Assembly: GCA_938011325.1 (NCBI GenBank)
Contig: CALLUD010000006.1
Coordinates: forward strand, 396,125 to 460,124
Direction of reading: 5' to 3'
Source: an uncultured Spartobacteria bacterium
GTDB taxonomy: Bacteria; Verrucomicrobiota; Verrucomicrobiia; Chthoniobacterales; JAATET01
DNA length: 64,000 nucleotides
In this document: positions 53,343 to 62,454 of the stretch, piece by piece
Layout: each line of letters starts with the position of its first letter
How positions within the stretch are numbered: the first letter of the stretch is position 1
Made by a program: the position numbers and the translations under genes
The notes under the pieces: model-generated
Seen by the model: the letters and a program-made list of their open reading frames with translations, nothing else
What the model was told of the DNA's origin: nothing
The model's database searches: none

Positions 53343-54860
53343 ATGCGCAGTCGATTCCTCCAGCCCTTCGTGGCGTTTACCCGCCCGGCGCACTTCGCAG
53401 TCGCCGCGCTGCTGCTTGCCGGTCCCGCGGTCGAAGGGCGCGCGCAGGCCGTGCGGGTCCGGGCGAATTTCCCCGCGACAAACGCCCCGGTCCGCGCCCT
53501 CGCCATCGATTCCGCCCGCCGCATCGCCTACATCGGCGGCGATTTCACCATCGTGGGCGGGCAGGATCGCCTGCGCCTCGCAGCCATTCATCTGGACACC
53601 GGCGCCGTGCTGCCGTGGAACCCCCTGCCGAACGGCACCGTGGAGACCATCGCCATTGACGGCGACCGCATCTACATTGGCGGCCGCTTCGGCTCCGTGA
53701 ACGGCAACCCGCGCAGCCGCATCGCCGCTCTCGACCTCGCAGGAAATGTCGTGCCGACCTGGAACGCCGCAGTCCGCACGGCCGGATTCCCGCTCGACCC
53801 TTCACTGGACGAAGCGCGCGTCACCTCCATCGCCATCACGCCATCGAACATCTTTGTCGCCGGCACCTTCACCGAAGTCCAGAGCATCTCGACCGGCCAG
53901 GATGCCACCCGTCGCAACCGCCTCGCCGCCTTCACAAAGGACAACGCCTCCGTGCGCAACTGGAATCCCAATCCCAACGGCGAAATCCACGCGCTGCGCA
54001 CCAGCGGCACGACGCTCCATGTCATCGGCACCTTCTCCAGCATCACCGGCGGCGATGGCGTGGTCCGCGCACGCCGCAGCTACGCGCGCTTCAACAACAA
54101 CGTCGCCGTGCAACCCGTCAGCCTTTTGCCAACCGCGAACGCAGGCGCGGACCCGGCCGCGTTCACCGCAATCGCACTGCGGGGCGACACCACAATCCTG
54201 GCCGGACCATTCTCCCGCATCGGCGCGGAGGCCCGCACCGGCCTCGCGATCATCGACGACACCGGCTCCCTCCTCCCCTTCCGCGCGACGCCCGGCCTCT
54301 CATTGGTGACGGCGATCACGGCCAACAACACCACGATCTTCACCGCCGATGACGGCAGGTTCGTCAACGGGCAGCTCCGCTTTCTTCGTGCCTACGACAA
54401 TGCCGGCACCCTGCTGCCCTGGCTGCCCGTCGTCGCCAACAACTCCGGATTCGAAGATCCCGTCACGTTCCGGGCGAACCCGCCGGAATTCCTCGCCCTT
54501 GCGCTCGACGGCCCATGGCTCTACGTCGCAGGTTCGTTTACCGTCATCTCCGGCGTCTACCAGCCCGGCTTCGCCGCCCTCAGCCTGCCGGTCACGACTC
54601 CCCCGCCGACCTTGAGCGCCCGTGGCCGCACGTCCATAAAAACGACCCGCAAAAAACTCACCCTCAAAGGCACCTCCACAAACTCGACCCTCATTCAATA
54701 CAAGGCCGGCAAAGGCGGTTTCAAAAATGCGAGAGGCACCGCCGCCGCCTGGAAATTCCCCGTCCGCCTCGGCACGAAGAAGAGGACCATCGCGAAAGTC
54801 CGCGCCACCGGCCCCGGCGGAACCTCGAAACTCCTCAAGTTCACCATCACTCGAAAGTGA
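53343..54860 (+). CDS. Secreted beta-propeller repeat protein (about 8 repeats of the same type) with the same Lys-rich C-terminal module
   Basis: Signal peptide, same repeat consensus, and a C-terminus (LTLKGTSTNSTLIQYKAGKGGFKNARG..WKFPV...RTIAKVRATGPGGTSKLLKFTITRK) collinear with the previous gene. It starts 12 nt after that gene's stop. Confidence 0.85.
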   Translation: MRSRFLQPFVAFTRPAHFAVAALLLAGPAVEGRAQAVRVRANFPATNAPVRALAIDSARRIAYIGGDFTIVGGQDRLRLAAIHLDTGAVLPWNPLPNGTVETIAIDGDRIYIGGRFGSVNGNPRSRIAALDLAGNVVPTWNAAVRTAGFPLDPSLDEARVTSIAITPSNIFVAGTFTEVQSISTGQDATRRNRLAAFTKDNASVRNWNPNPNGEIHALRTSGTTLHVIGTFSSITGGDGVVRARRSYARFNNNVAVQPVSLLPTANAGADPAAFTAIALRGDTTILAGPFSRIGAEARTGLAIIDDTGSLLPFRATPGLSLVTAITANNTTIFTADDGRFVNGQLRFLRAYDNAGTLLPWLPVVANNSGFEDPVTFRANPPEFLALALDGPWLYVAGSFTVISGVYQPGFAALSLPVTTPPPTLSARGRTSIKTTRKKLTLKGTSTNSTLIQYKAGKGGFKNARGTAAAWKFPVRLGTKKRTIAKVRATGPGGTSKLLKFTITRK

Positions 54861-54955
54861 TTGGCTACACCACGACGACGGTTGTCTCGCAGATCGCGAA
54901 CGGCACCTGAGCGCCCGCGGGCATCGTCATCACACACTCGCAGACTGGACAAGTG

Positions 54956-54982
54956 GTGCGGATTGACGTTCTTTATCCGCAC
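54956..54982 (+). other. Hairpin in the 133-nt gap upstream of the NHL-repeat gene
   Basis: GTGCGGAT-n11-ATCCGCAC: a perfect 8-bp stem with no U-tract. The loop contains TTGACG. Confidence 0.3.
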
Positions 54983-54993
54983 CCAAACCATCC

Positions 54994-56480
54994 GTGTCCC
55001 GAAAATTCCTTGCCCTACTTGGCGCGGTGCTTGTCGCTGCGACCTCTCACGCTCAATACGTCAATAGCGAGTCCGCCTCGAGTGTCCTCGGCCAGCCGAA
55101 CTTCAACAGCACCTTTGGTGGAAGTCCTACGGCCACTTCGCAAAACGCCCCATGCGGCGTCGCGGTCGATCCGGTAAGCGGCTCGGTGTTCGTTTCCGAT
55201 AAAAACAACAGCCGCATCCTTCGTTACGAGTCGACCGCCGCCCTGCAGTCGGGCGCAGCGGCGGTTGGCGTGCTCGGCCAGCCCAACTTCACCAGCCTTA
55301 CGCAGGCGACCTCGCAAGCGGGTCTTCGCAGCCCCACCGGATCTGGGTGGATACCACCGGACGGCTCTGGGTCGCCGATACCGACAACAACCGGGTTGTC
55401 TGGTTTAACAACGCCGCTTCGAAGGCAAATGGAGCCAACGCCGACGGCGTCATTGGACAAAGCAATTTCACGAACCAGGGCGCAGCCGTCACTTCGACGG
55501 GCATGAACAAGCCCTCGGCCGTTGTCACCTCGCAGGATGGTGCGCTCTGGGTCGCCGACACCGGCAACAACCGGGTGCTGCGGTTCGCAAGCGCCGCCGC
55601 TCTGAGCAGCGGAGCCGCCGCCACACGCGTGCTCGGCCAGTCCAATTTCACCTCCAACTCCTCCGGCTCGGGCACCACGGGCATGAATCAGCCCACCGGT
55701 GTCGCCACCGACACCAACCTGACGTTGTGGGTTTCGGACAGCTTCAACAACCGCATCCTCGGGTTTGCGAATTCCGACACTCTCTCCAACGGCGCCGCGG
55801 CCACGCGTGTGCTCGGCCAGCCGGACTTCAACACCACAACCGACGGCACCAGCGCCACGAAACTTTTCCGTCCTGAAGGCCTCCTAGTGGACCTCATCCG
55901 CGACAGACTTTACGTCGCCGACCGCGCAAACAACCGCGTGCTCGGGTTCTATTCCATCAGCACCAAGGTCAATGGCGGCGCGGCGGATCGCGTGCTCGGT
56001 GCAAGCAACTTCAACGACGGCTTCAGTGGCTCGACTTCGTCGAAGTTCAACAATCCTCTCGCGATGGCAATCGGAGCCGGCGATCAACTCTTCGTTGCCG
56101 ACCGTCAGAACAACCGCACCCTGCGCTTCCCGCCTGTTTCCATTCCCTCCCTCACCGGCCCCGGTTCGGCGCGTGTGAAGAAGAAAAAGAAAATCACCCT
56201 CACGTATAGCCTCACCAACACGAACTACCCCGGGTCGTATCGCCTGACCCTCCCGGGCAAGACGAAGAACTTCAAGGTGATCTCGACCACCCTGAACGGC
56301 GCGCCCATTTCGTCGGGGGGCACCACCCCGACGATGAGCGAAGGCAGCGTTGCGACCATCGCGATCACCTACAAGGGCAAGAAGACCACCAAGAAACCGG
56401 TCACGACGACGGTCACCGCCACGGCCGTGGCAACGCCCAATCGCTCAGCCACCGTCACCACCAAGATCAAGGTGAAGTAA
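54994..56480 (+). pseudogene. Secreted NHL-repeat beta-propeller protein split by a 1-nt frameshift near 55340 (track ORFs 54994..55506 and 55347..56480)
   Basis: GTG start and signal peptide. NHL-like units P.GVAVD..G.(L/V)(W/F)V(A/S)D..NNR(I/V)L.(F/Y) recur 6 times. The second unit reads ...SPTG|IWVDTTGRLWVADTDNNRVVWF only if one nucleotide is inserted in CCCACCGG^ATCTGGGTGGAT. Confidence 0.75.
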
Positions 56481-56577
56481 TTCCGTCAGGTGCGCCGGCA
56501 CGGGCTGCCTGAAAGTCCGCGCCGGCTCCGCACCAGGGGCGGCTGATTCGCGGCCACCGACATTCCAGAACGGGGAG

Positions 56578-57180
56578 TTATCGCGCACCTGCCGCTTGCG
56601 CTTTCACCCGCCGCACGTGCGCGATGATCAGGCCGTGCAGGGCCAAAGCGACGCCAAGGCCGAGGAGCTGGGCCCCCCAGCCCGCGTTGGTGACCGACGA
56701 AACGTGGATGAGCGAGAAAATGCCAACGGGCAGAAACACGAGCGCCGCTGTGGCCAGGCCGGGATTGTAGCACCTCATCGCGACCCCCTGTGCGATGTGG
56801 CCGACCGCGTTCACCAGCGGCAGGTAGATCGCGATCAATCCCAGCGACGGGCGCACATACACCGCAAGGTAGAGCCCGAGCAGGTCGACCCCCCACACGC
56901 CGACGGAGTTGATGACAAACGTGGCGTTTTTCGAGAGCACCTCGACGCCACCTCCGAGCGTTTTGTTCGCGAACGTGCGAAATCGATCCCCAGCGTGCTC
57001 CTCGAGCTGGTGAAGCATGTAAATTGGCAGCTGCACGAAGATCAGCGCGATCGCGACCGCCTGCGGCTCGGCCGGCAGGATCATCAAAGGAAACAACGCG
57101 AGAAGAAACACCGCGGCAAAGGCCGTCGCGTAAGGCCAGTTCCAGCGGGCGATCAACCAGTCGTAAATCGCGCGAAGCAT
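56578..57180 (-). CDS. HXXEE-domain membrane protein
   Basis: Polytopic membrane protein with the HQLEEH motif. Confidence 0.75.
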   Translation of the reverse strand: MLRAIYDWLIARWNWPYATAFAAVFLLALFPLMILPAEPQAVAIALIFVQLPIYMLHQLEEHAGDRFRTFANKTLGGGVEVLSKNATFVINSVGVWGVDLLGLYLAVYVRPSLGLIAIYLPLVNAVGHIAQGVAMRCYNPGLATAALVFLPVGIFSLIHVSSVTNAGWGAQLLGLGVALALHGLIIAHVRRVKAQAAGAR

Positions 57181-57262
57181 GCCGGCTCAATAAACGATCC
57201 GCCGCGCCCGGGGAACCCCAATTCCCGTTCGCGTCGCCCTGAAATCCCCTCTTCGCGCTGAC

Positions 57263-58279
57263 CTAGACGAGGCCTCGAACCGCGGCGTCGCCGTCGCGGT
57301 AGGTCATCCAGTTGCGATACGGCTGAAACTTCTTCGACTCCGCGGCGGGCTTGACGCGTTCGATCAAGGCGAACTGCTGCTCTCTGCTCATCGGCTTGAA
57401 GCTCGCTGCGATGCCGGCGTTCTGCCGAAGTTGCGCGTCGGAACGAACCCCGCTCACGATCGTCGTGATCGGCTGCGACCAGCCGAAGGTGAGCCCCTCC
57501 TCGACGGTGATGAGCCCGGCCTCCACCGGCTGAAAACCTCCCGCGAACGTCTTCATCGCAAGCGGTGCGATCCCCTGCTTCACGACCTCTGGCAACACTG
57601 TCTCGACGAATCCACCACCGCTCGCCTCCACCGCGGAAACGGGGAACTGGCAGGAATCGAACGGATATTTGTGCTTCAGCACCGCAAGGTGCACCTGCGG
57701 ATTCGTGTGGCCGGTGAACCCGACAAAACGCACCTTCCCCTTCTCCTTCGCCTCGGTGAGCGCCTCGACGACGCCGCCTTTCGCGAATCCCTTCTCGACC
57801 TGCTCCATCGTCGCGACGGCATGCCATTGCCAGAGATCGAGGTGATCCGTGCGCAGCCGCTTCAGCGACTCGTCGAGCATCCGCATCGCCTCCTTGTAGC
57901 CGCCGTCGAAGTGCGTGCAGACCTTCGTCATCACGAAAAACTTGTCACGCCGTCCGTCGATCAACGTGCCCATCAACTCCTCGGAGGCGCCATCGTGGTA
58001 GTCCCAGCAGTTGTCGAGAAAATCGATCCCGAGCTCCTCGGCGGTATCGATCATTTTCCTCGCCTCCTCGTCCGACGCGAGCCGCAGGGCGTGACCGCCG
58101 ATCGTCAGCATGGAAACTTCGAAATCGTGCCGGCCGAACTTTCGCCGCGGCACCTTCCATTCGCCGACCGGCTGCTGTGCGACCGCCGGTCCCGCAGCCG
58201 CTCCGCCGAGAAGGATGCCTGCGCCCGCAAAGCCCAGGCGCTTGAAAAACTCGCGCCGCTGGAAGGATGACTCGCTCAT
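57263..58279 (-). CDS. Tat-exported aldo/keto reductase
   Basis: Twin-arginine signal QRREFFKRLGFAGAGILLGGAAA. AKR pattern GIDFLDNCWDYHDGASEELMG...LDLWQWH. I trimmed from the 792-aa track ORF, whose N-terminal part is antisense to the helicase gene. Confidence 0.9.
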   Translation of the reverse strand: MSESSFQRREFFKRLGFAGAGILLGGAAAGPAVAQQPVGEWKVPRRKFGRHDFEVSMLTIGGHALRLASDEEARKMIDTAEELGIDFLDNCWDYHDGASEELMGTLIDGRRDKFFVMTKVCTHFDGGYKEAMRMLDESLKRLRTDHLDLWQWHAVATMEQVEKGFAKGGVVEALTEAKEKGKVRFVGFTGHTNPQVHLAVLKHKYPFDSCQFPVSAVEASGGGFVETVLPEVVKQGIAPLAMKTFAGGFQPVEAGLITVEEGLTFGWSQPITTIVSGVRSDAQLRQNAGIAASFKPMSREQQFALIERVKPAAESKKFQPYRNWMTYRDGDAAVRGLV

Positions 58280-58378
58280 GGTCGTCTCGCGTTTCCCTGA
58301 AACGGACACCTCTCGATGCGCGCGGGCAAGCCAAAACGACATGTGACAACCCGCGCGAGCTGCCGTATTTCGATTTCC

Positions 58379-60775
58379 ATGCAAGAGCTGGAGATACCGT
58401 TGAACGTTCCGGATCTCTGGCAACAGGAGGCGGTCCGGGCGTTGCGCGAGGGACGCGACGTGATCGTTGACGCACCCACCGGCGCGGGAAAGACCCGCGT
58501 CTTTGAGCATTTCACCGACAGCGGCGATGCCACGCGGCGCGGGCAGGCCGTCTACACGGTGCCAACACGCGCGCTTGCCAACGACAAATGGCGCGAATGG
58601 CGCGAGCGTGGCTGGCGCGTCGGCCTCGCCACCGGCGACGTGGCGGAAAATGTCGACGCCCCCGTGCTTGTCGCGACGCTGGAGACGCAACGCGAGCGCA
58701 TTCTCTCGCGACGCGGCCCCGCCGTGCTCGTGATCGACGAGTATCAAATGCTCGCCGACCCCCGGCGCGGCCTGAATTACGAACTCGCCATCGCGCTGTC
58801 GCCGCCCGGAACGCAGTTGCTCCTGCTCAGCGGAAGCGTGCGGAATCCACAGGACGTCGCCGAGTGGCTGCGCTCGCTCGGTCGTGACGTCACGATCATT
58901 CGCGAGCGCGAGCGCCCGGTTCCGTTGGAGGAGGTGCCGGCGGAGAACCTGCCACGCGTCGACCCAGGCATCACCGGATTCTGGGGACGCCTCGCCGCCG
59001 GAGCCGTCGCCGCGAATCTCACTCCGCTCCTTCTTTTCGCGCCCCGCCGCACCGAGGCCGAAAAAATCGCGCGCAAGATCGCCGACGCGCTTCCGCCGGA
59101 GCCGCAGCTTTCCCTGCGTCCGGAGGACGAACGCCTGCTCGGTCGCGATCTCGCCCGGTTGCTCCAAAAGCGCGTCGCGTTTCATCACAGCGGTCTGCCC
59201 TATGCGGTGCGCGCCGGCTGGATCGAGCCGCTCGCGAAGCGCGGCCATCTGCGCGTGATTGTCGCCACCACGGGTCTCGCGGCGGGCATCAATTTCTCCG
59301 TCCGCTCCGTGCACGTTTCGAGCACGACCTACAACGACGGCCCGTTTCAAGCCGAGCTGCGGCCGGACGAACTCCTGCAGATGTTTGGGCGCGCCGGCCG
59401 GCGCGGACTGGACGACCGCGGGTTCGTGATCACCGCGCGCAACAGCCCCGGTCTGCCCGACGCCGCGCCCCGGCAGTTGCGACGCGTCAACGAACTCGAC
59501 TGGCCAACCCTCCTGCGCGTGATGGAGGAGGCCGCCGCGCGCGGCGAGTCGCCGATCGACGCCGCAACCGGGCTCGGCCGCTGCCTGTTCAGCCGGCAGA
59601 AGATCGATCCCGGTTTTCAGTCGACCGGAGACGGGCCGCATCGCGAGGAGCGTTTCGGCCCGAAACGGGAGGAATACCTCGACTCACGCGGAACCTGGCA
59701 GCCGCTGAAAAATGCCCGTGAAGGCGAGGCCCCGCTTGGCGACTGCCTGGCCCGGCGCGGAGACCGCTGGATGCCCGCGCTGCGGGTCGCGCCGGTGGCT
59801 GAGAGCGTCGGCCCGGGCCGGCTGTGCAAACTCCGGCAGGAAACCGGGTTTCGCTACGGCAAGGAACTCATGGTCGCGCGTCGGGAGAACGGACGCCTCG
59901 TTCCGATTGAATGGATTCGAAAATTGCTGCGACTGCGGCGGGACGAATCTTTCGAGCCGGCCGCATTTCTCGAAACCGTCGTGCCGCTCCTCGATCTGCA
60001 GGGAGGCGTGCCCATTGGGCTCGTCGATCGCGGGCCGATGTGCGCCCTGCAACTCGACCTTGCCTCGATTCCACAGCGCGTCCTCTTTGACTCGCATCAG
60101 CAGGCGTTGATCGACGCACCCCGGCGACGCGTGGCGATCGCCGCCGAGACGACTTATGCGCGGGAGGGAGCGGCAATCGAACCCGCCGCAGGCACTCCGG
60201 CCCATGCGTGGAGACGGCTCGGACTCGTGGATGCACAGGGCGCACCCACCGCGCGAGGCCGCGTGTTCAGCCGCTTCCAGGCCGGCGAAGGATTGATGAT
60301 CGCCGCCGCACTGGAGGACGAGTCGTATCCGCTCGACGAGCTGGTGCGGCATCTCGCCAACCTCCGCGGCGGACATCGCTTCGTGGACACGGGTGGCGGA
60401 AGCGGTCGCCTCGCATTCGCGGCGCGTTCCGCCTACGGGCATGTCGATCTCGATGGCTATCTGCACGCCGGGCTTTCGCTCGGCTTTGGCGAAGGAACGT
60501 GGGAGGCCATCGAGCGGTATCAGTCGAAGGGCCTCGCAAGCCTCGGCGACGGCGGGATCTCACGTGGCGATGTCGAGCGTGCCATCCTCGAATGGCGCAG
60601 TCTGTTGCGCCACATCGTCCATGCACCGGACCCGGATGCACCGCGTTGGGAGGACTTCCGCCAGGCCGCTCGCGAATGTCTGTCGGGTTACGCGAAAACG
60701 CCCGAGCCGCTGCCCGCATTGCCGGCGCCCTGGAATCGCCCGGTTGCAGCGCGGACGGCGACGTTTTTCCGCTGA
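58379..60775 (+). CDS. Superfamily-2 DEAD/DEAH-box (Ski2-like) helicase with a long C-terminal extension
   Basis: Motif I DAPTGAGKT, motif II DEYQ, motif III SGS, motif VI QMFGRAGRRG. About 400 further residues carry no motif I recognise. Confidence 0.85.
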   Translation: MQELEIPLNVPDLWQQEAVRALREGRDVIVDAPTGAGKTRVFEHFTDSGDATRRGQAVYTVPTRALANDKWREWRERGWRVGLATGDVAENVDAPVLVATLETQRERILSRRGPAVLVIDEYQMLADPRRGLNYELAIALSPPGTQLLLLSGSVRNPQDVAEWLRSLGRDVTIIRERERPVPLEEVPAENLPRVDPGITGFWGRLAAGAVAANLTPLLLFAPRRTEAEKIARKIADALPPEPQLSLRPEDERLLGRDLARLLQKRVAFHHSGLPYAVRAGWIEPLAKRGHLRVIVATTGLAAGINFSVRSVHVSSTTYNDGPFQAELRPDELLQMFGRAGRRGLDDRGFVITARNSPGLPDAAPRQLRRVNELDWPTLLRVMEEAAARGESPIDAATGLGRCLFSRQKIDPGFQSTGDGPHREERFGPKREEYLDSRGTWQPLKNAREGEAPLGDCLARRGDRWMPALRVAPVAESVGPGRLCKLRQETGFRYGKELMVARRENGRLVPIEWIRKLLRLRRDESFEPAAFLETVVPLLDLQGGVPIGLVDRGPMCALQLDLASIPQRVLFDSHQQALIDAPRRRVAIAAETTYAREGAAIEPAAGTPAHAWRRLGLVDAQGAPTARGRVFSRFQAGEGLMIAAALEDESYPLDELVRHLANLRGGHRFVDTGGGSGRLAFAARSAYGHVDLDGYLHAGLSLGFGEGTWEAIERYQSKGLASLGDGGISRGDVERAILEWRSLLRHIVHAPDPDAPRWEDFRQAARECLSGYAKTPEPLPALPAPWNRPVAARTATFFR

Positions 60776-61426
60776 TCAGTAAACGCGCACCGGCGTGCCC
60801 AAGGGCGCGTTCTCGAAAAAGACCTTCGCCATGTGGTCGGGCAGTCGCACGCAGCCGTGGGAATCCGGAAAGCCCGGGAGATAGCCGCTGTGCAATCCCG
60901 CACCGTCGTGGAAATGGAGGAAATATGGCATCGGCGCGCCGAGAAATTTCGTGCCCGGCGGCCTGCGATCGACGCGGGCATCGATGTTCGACACGACCGA
61001 ATATCCCCTCTCGTCCACATAGTCGCCGTAGACGTTCGAGCGGTGGTCCTTGTCGCGAATGGTCACCTTGAAATTCCCGCGCGGCGTCGGATGGCTCGCG
61101 CTGCCCGTCGAAACGGGCGTCTCCCCGACGAGCTGCCCACCCTTGTAAAAATATGCCTTCTGCTCGGCGATGCTGATCGCGATCGAGGGAGCTCCCGACA
61201 CACCGTCGCCGCGCCAGTAGGCCGCCTTTTCCTGCTCTCGCACCTTTGCACGGGCCGACTCGACGCGCACAACCTCGCCGCTCGGCCCGAGAATGAGCGT
61301 CGCCTCGCTGTAGGAGCGCGTCACCGTCGGACGCTGGCTCGTCTTCGTCGTTTCACATCCCGCGAGAAGCGCAAGGGCGCCCGCGCAGGCCAGAAATGTT
61401 CGAAGGGGGAATCGAACGGACTTCAT
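60776..61426 (-). CDS. L,D-transpeptidase lipoprotein (YkuD domain)
   Basis: Lipobox LLAGC and catalytic HSGYLPGFPDSHGCVRL. Its start overlaps the upstream stop (ATGA at 61423..61426). Confidence 0.85.
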   Translation of the reverse strand: MKSVRFPLRTFLACAGALALLAGCETTKTSQRPTVTRSYSEATLILGPSGEVVRVESARAKVREQEKAAYWRGDGVSGAPSIAISIAEQKAYFYKGGQLVGETPVSTGSASHPTPRGNFKVTIRDKDHRSNVYGDYVDERGYSVVSNIDARVDRRPPGTKFLGAPMPYFLHFHDGAGLHSGYLPGFPDSHGCVRLPDHMAKVFFENAPLGTPVRVY

Positions 61427-62034
61427 TTCACGATCGTGACCGGCGTGCCCTTCTCGACATTCTCGAAGAATTTCTTCGCCATGTCGTGAGGCATGCGAAT
61501 GCAACCGTGGGAATCGGGCACTCCGGGCAGGAAGCCTTCGTGCATGCCGACGCCACCGACAATGCGCATGAAAAATGGCATGGGCGCGCCTTTGAAAATG
61601 GCTCCCGGCGGCTTGGGATCCTTTTTCACGTCCACGTCCTTTTGAATGACGTTGCCCGCCGCGTCGACGTATTCGCCGTAGAGGTTCGACTCATGGTCGA
61701 TGTCCTTCTCGATGATCTTGAATTTGCCAGTGGGCGTTCCGAAACCTTCCCGTCCGCTGGAGATCGCCGACACGCCGACCAGTTTGTGTCCCTTGTAAAA
61801 CGACGCCGTCTGCTCGGTGAGGTTGATCACGATCGACGGCGGCCCCGTCACATCGTCGCCATCCCAATAGGAATTTGCCTCCGCGAGCGTCGATGCCTTG
61901 CCGCGACTGATGACTTCGTCGCCGGCGCCGAGATAGCTCACGCGCTCACTGGTCAATCGCCGATCGTAGCTGGTGCATCCGCCTGCCAGCAGCACGGTCA
62001 CCAGCACAAGGGAAAGAAATGGAAAGGTTTTCAT
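61423..62034 (-). CDS. L,D-transpeptidase lipoprotein (YkuD domain)
   Basis: Lipobox LLAGGC and catalytic HEGFLPGVPDSHGCIRM. I trimmed to MKTFPFL (ATG at 62032..62034). Confidence 0.85.
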   Translation of the reverse strand: MKTFPFLSLVLVTVLLAGGCTSYDRRLTSERVSYLGAGDEVISRGKASTLAEANSYWDGDDVTGPPSIVINLTEQTASFYKGHKLVGVSAISSGREGFGTPTGKFKIIEKDIDHESNLYGEYVDAAGNVIQKDVDVKKDPKPPGAIFKGAPMPFFMRIVGGVGMHEGFLPGVPDSHGCIRMPHDMAKKFFENVEKGTPVTIVK

Positions 62035-62160
62035 TCGGCGGAAAAAGCGGCTGCAATACATAATACGCCGGAAAAGGCGTCAAGCTCCGGCCGGGTCCGA
62101 ACAAAGCGGGCCGTTGCCGTCGTGCCTGACACTTGCTACCTTTCGGGCCACATTTCCCAT

Positions 62161-62454
62161 ATGCCGACCTACGAATACGAGTGCGCCAAGTGCAAAAAGA
62201 CCTTCGAGATCTTCCAGTCCATGAAGGACGAGCCGCTCAAGACGTGCCCGGACAAGAAGTGCAAGGGAAAGGTTAAACGCCTGCTGGGCACCGGAGCCGG
62301 CCTCATCTTCAAGGGCTCCGGGTTCTACATCACCGACTATCGCAGCGAGAGCTACAAGTCGGCGGCAAAAAAGGAATCTTCGGCCGGCTCCGACTCGAAA
62401 TCCTCCAAGCCGGCCTCGGAGAGCAAGTCCAGGTCGGCCAAATCCGATGGCTGA
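62161..62454 (+). CDS. FmdB-family zinc-ribbon protein with a Ser/Lys-rich tail
   Basis: MPTYEYECAKCKKTFEIFQSMKDEPLKTCPDKKCKGKVKRL is the CxxC...CxxxxC FmdB signature. The ORF sits inside the longer track ORF 61396..62454. Confidence 0.85.
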   Translation: MPTYEYECAKCKKTFEIFQSMKDEPLKTCPDKKCKGKVKRLLGTGAGLIFKGSGFYITDYRSESYKSAAKKESSAGSDSKSSKPASESKSRSAKSDG

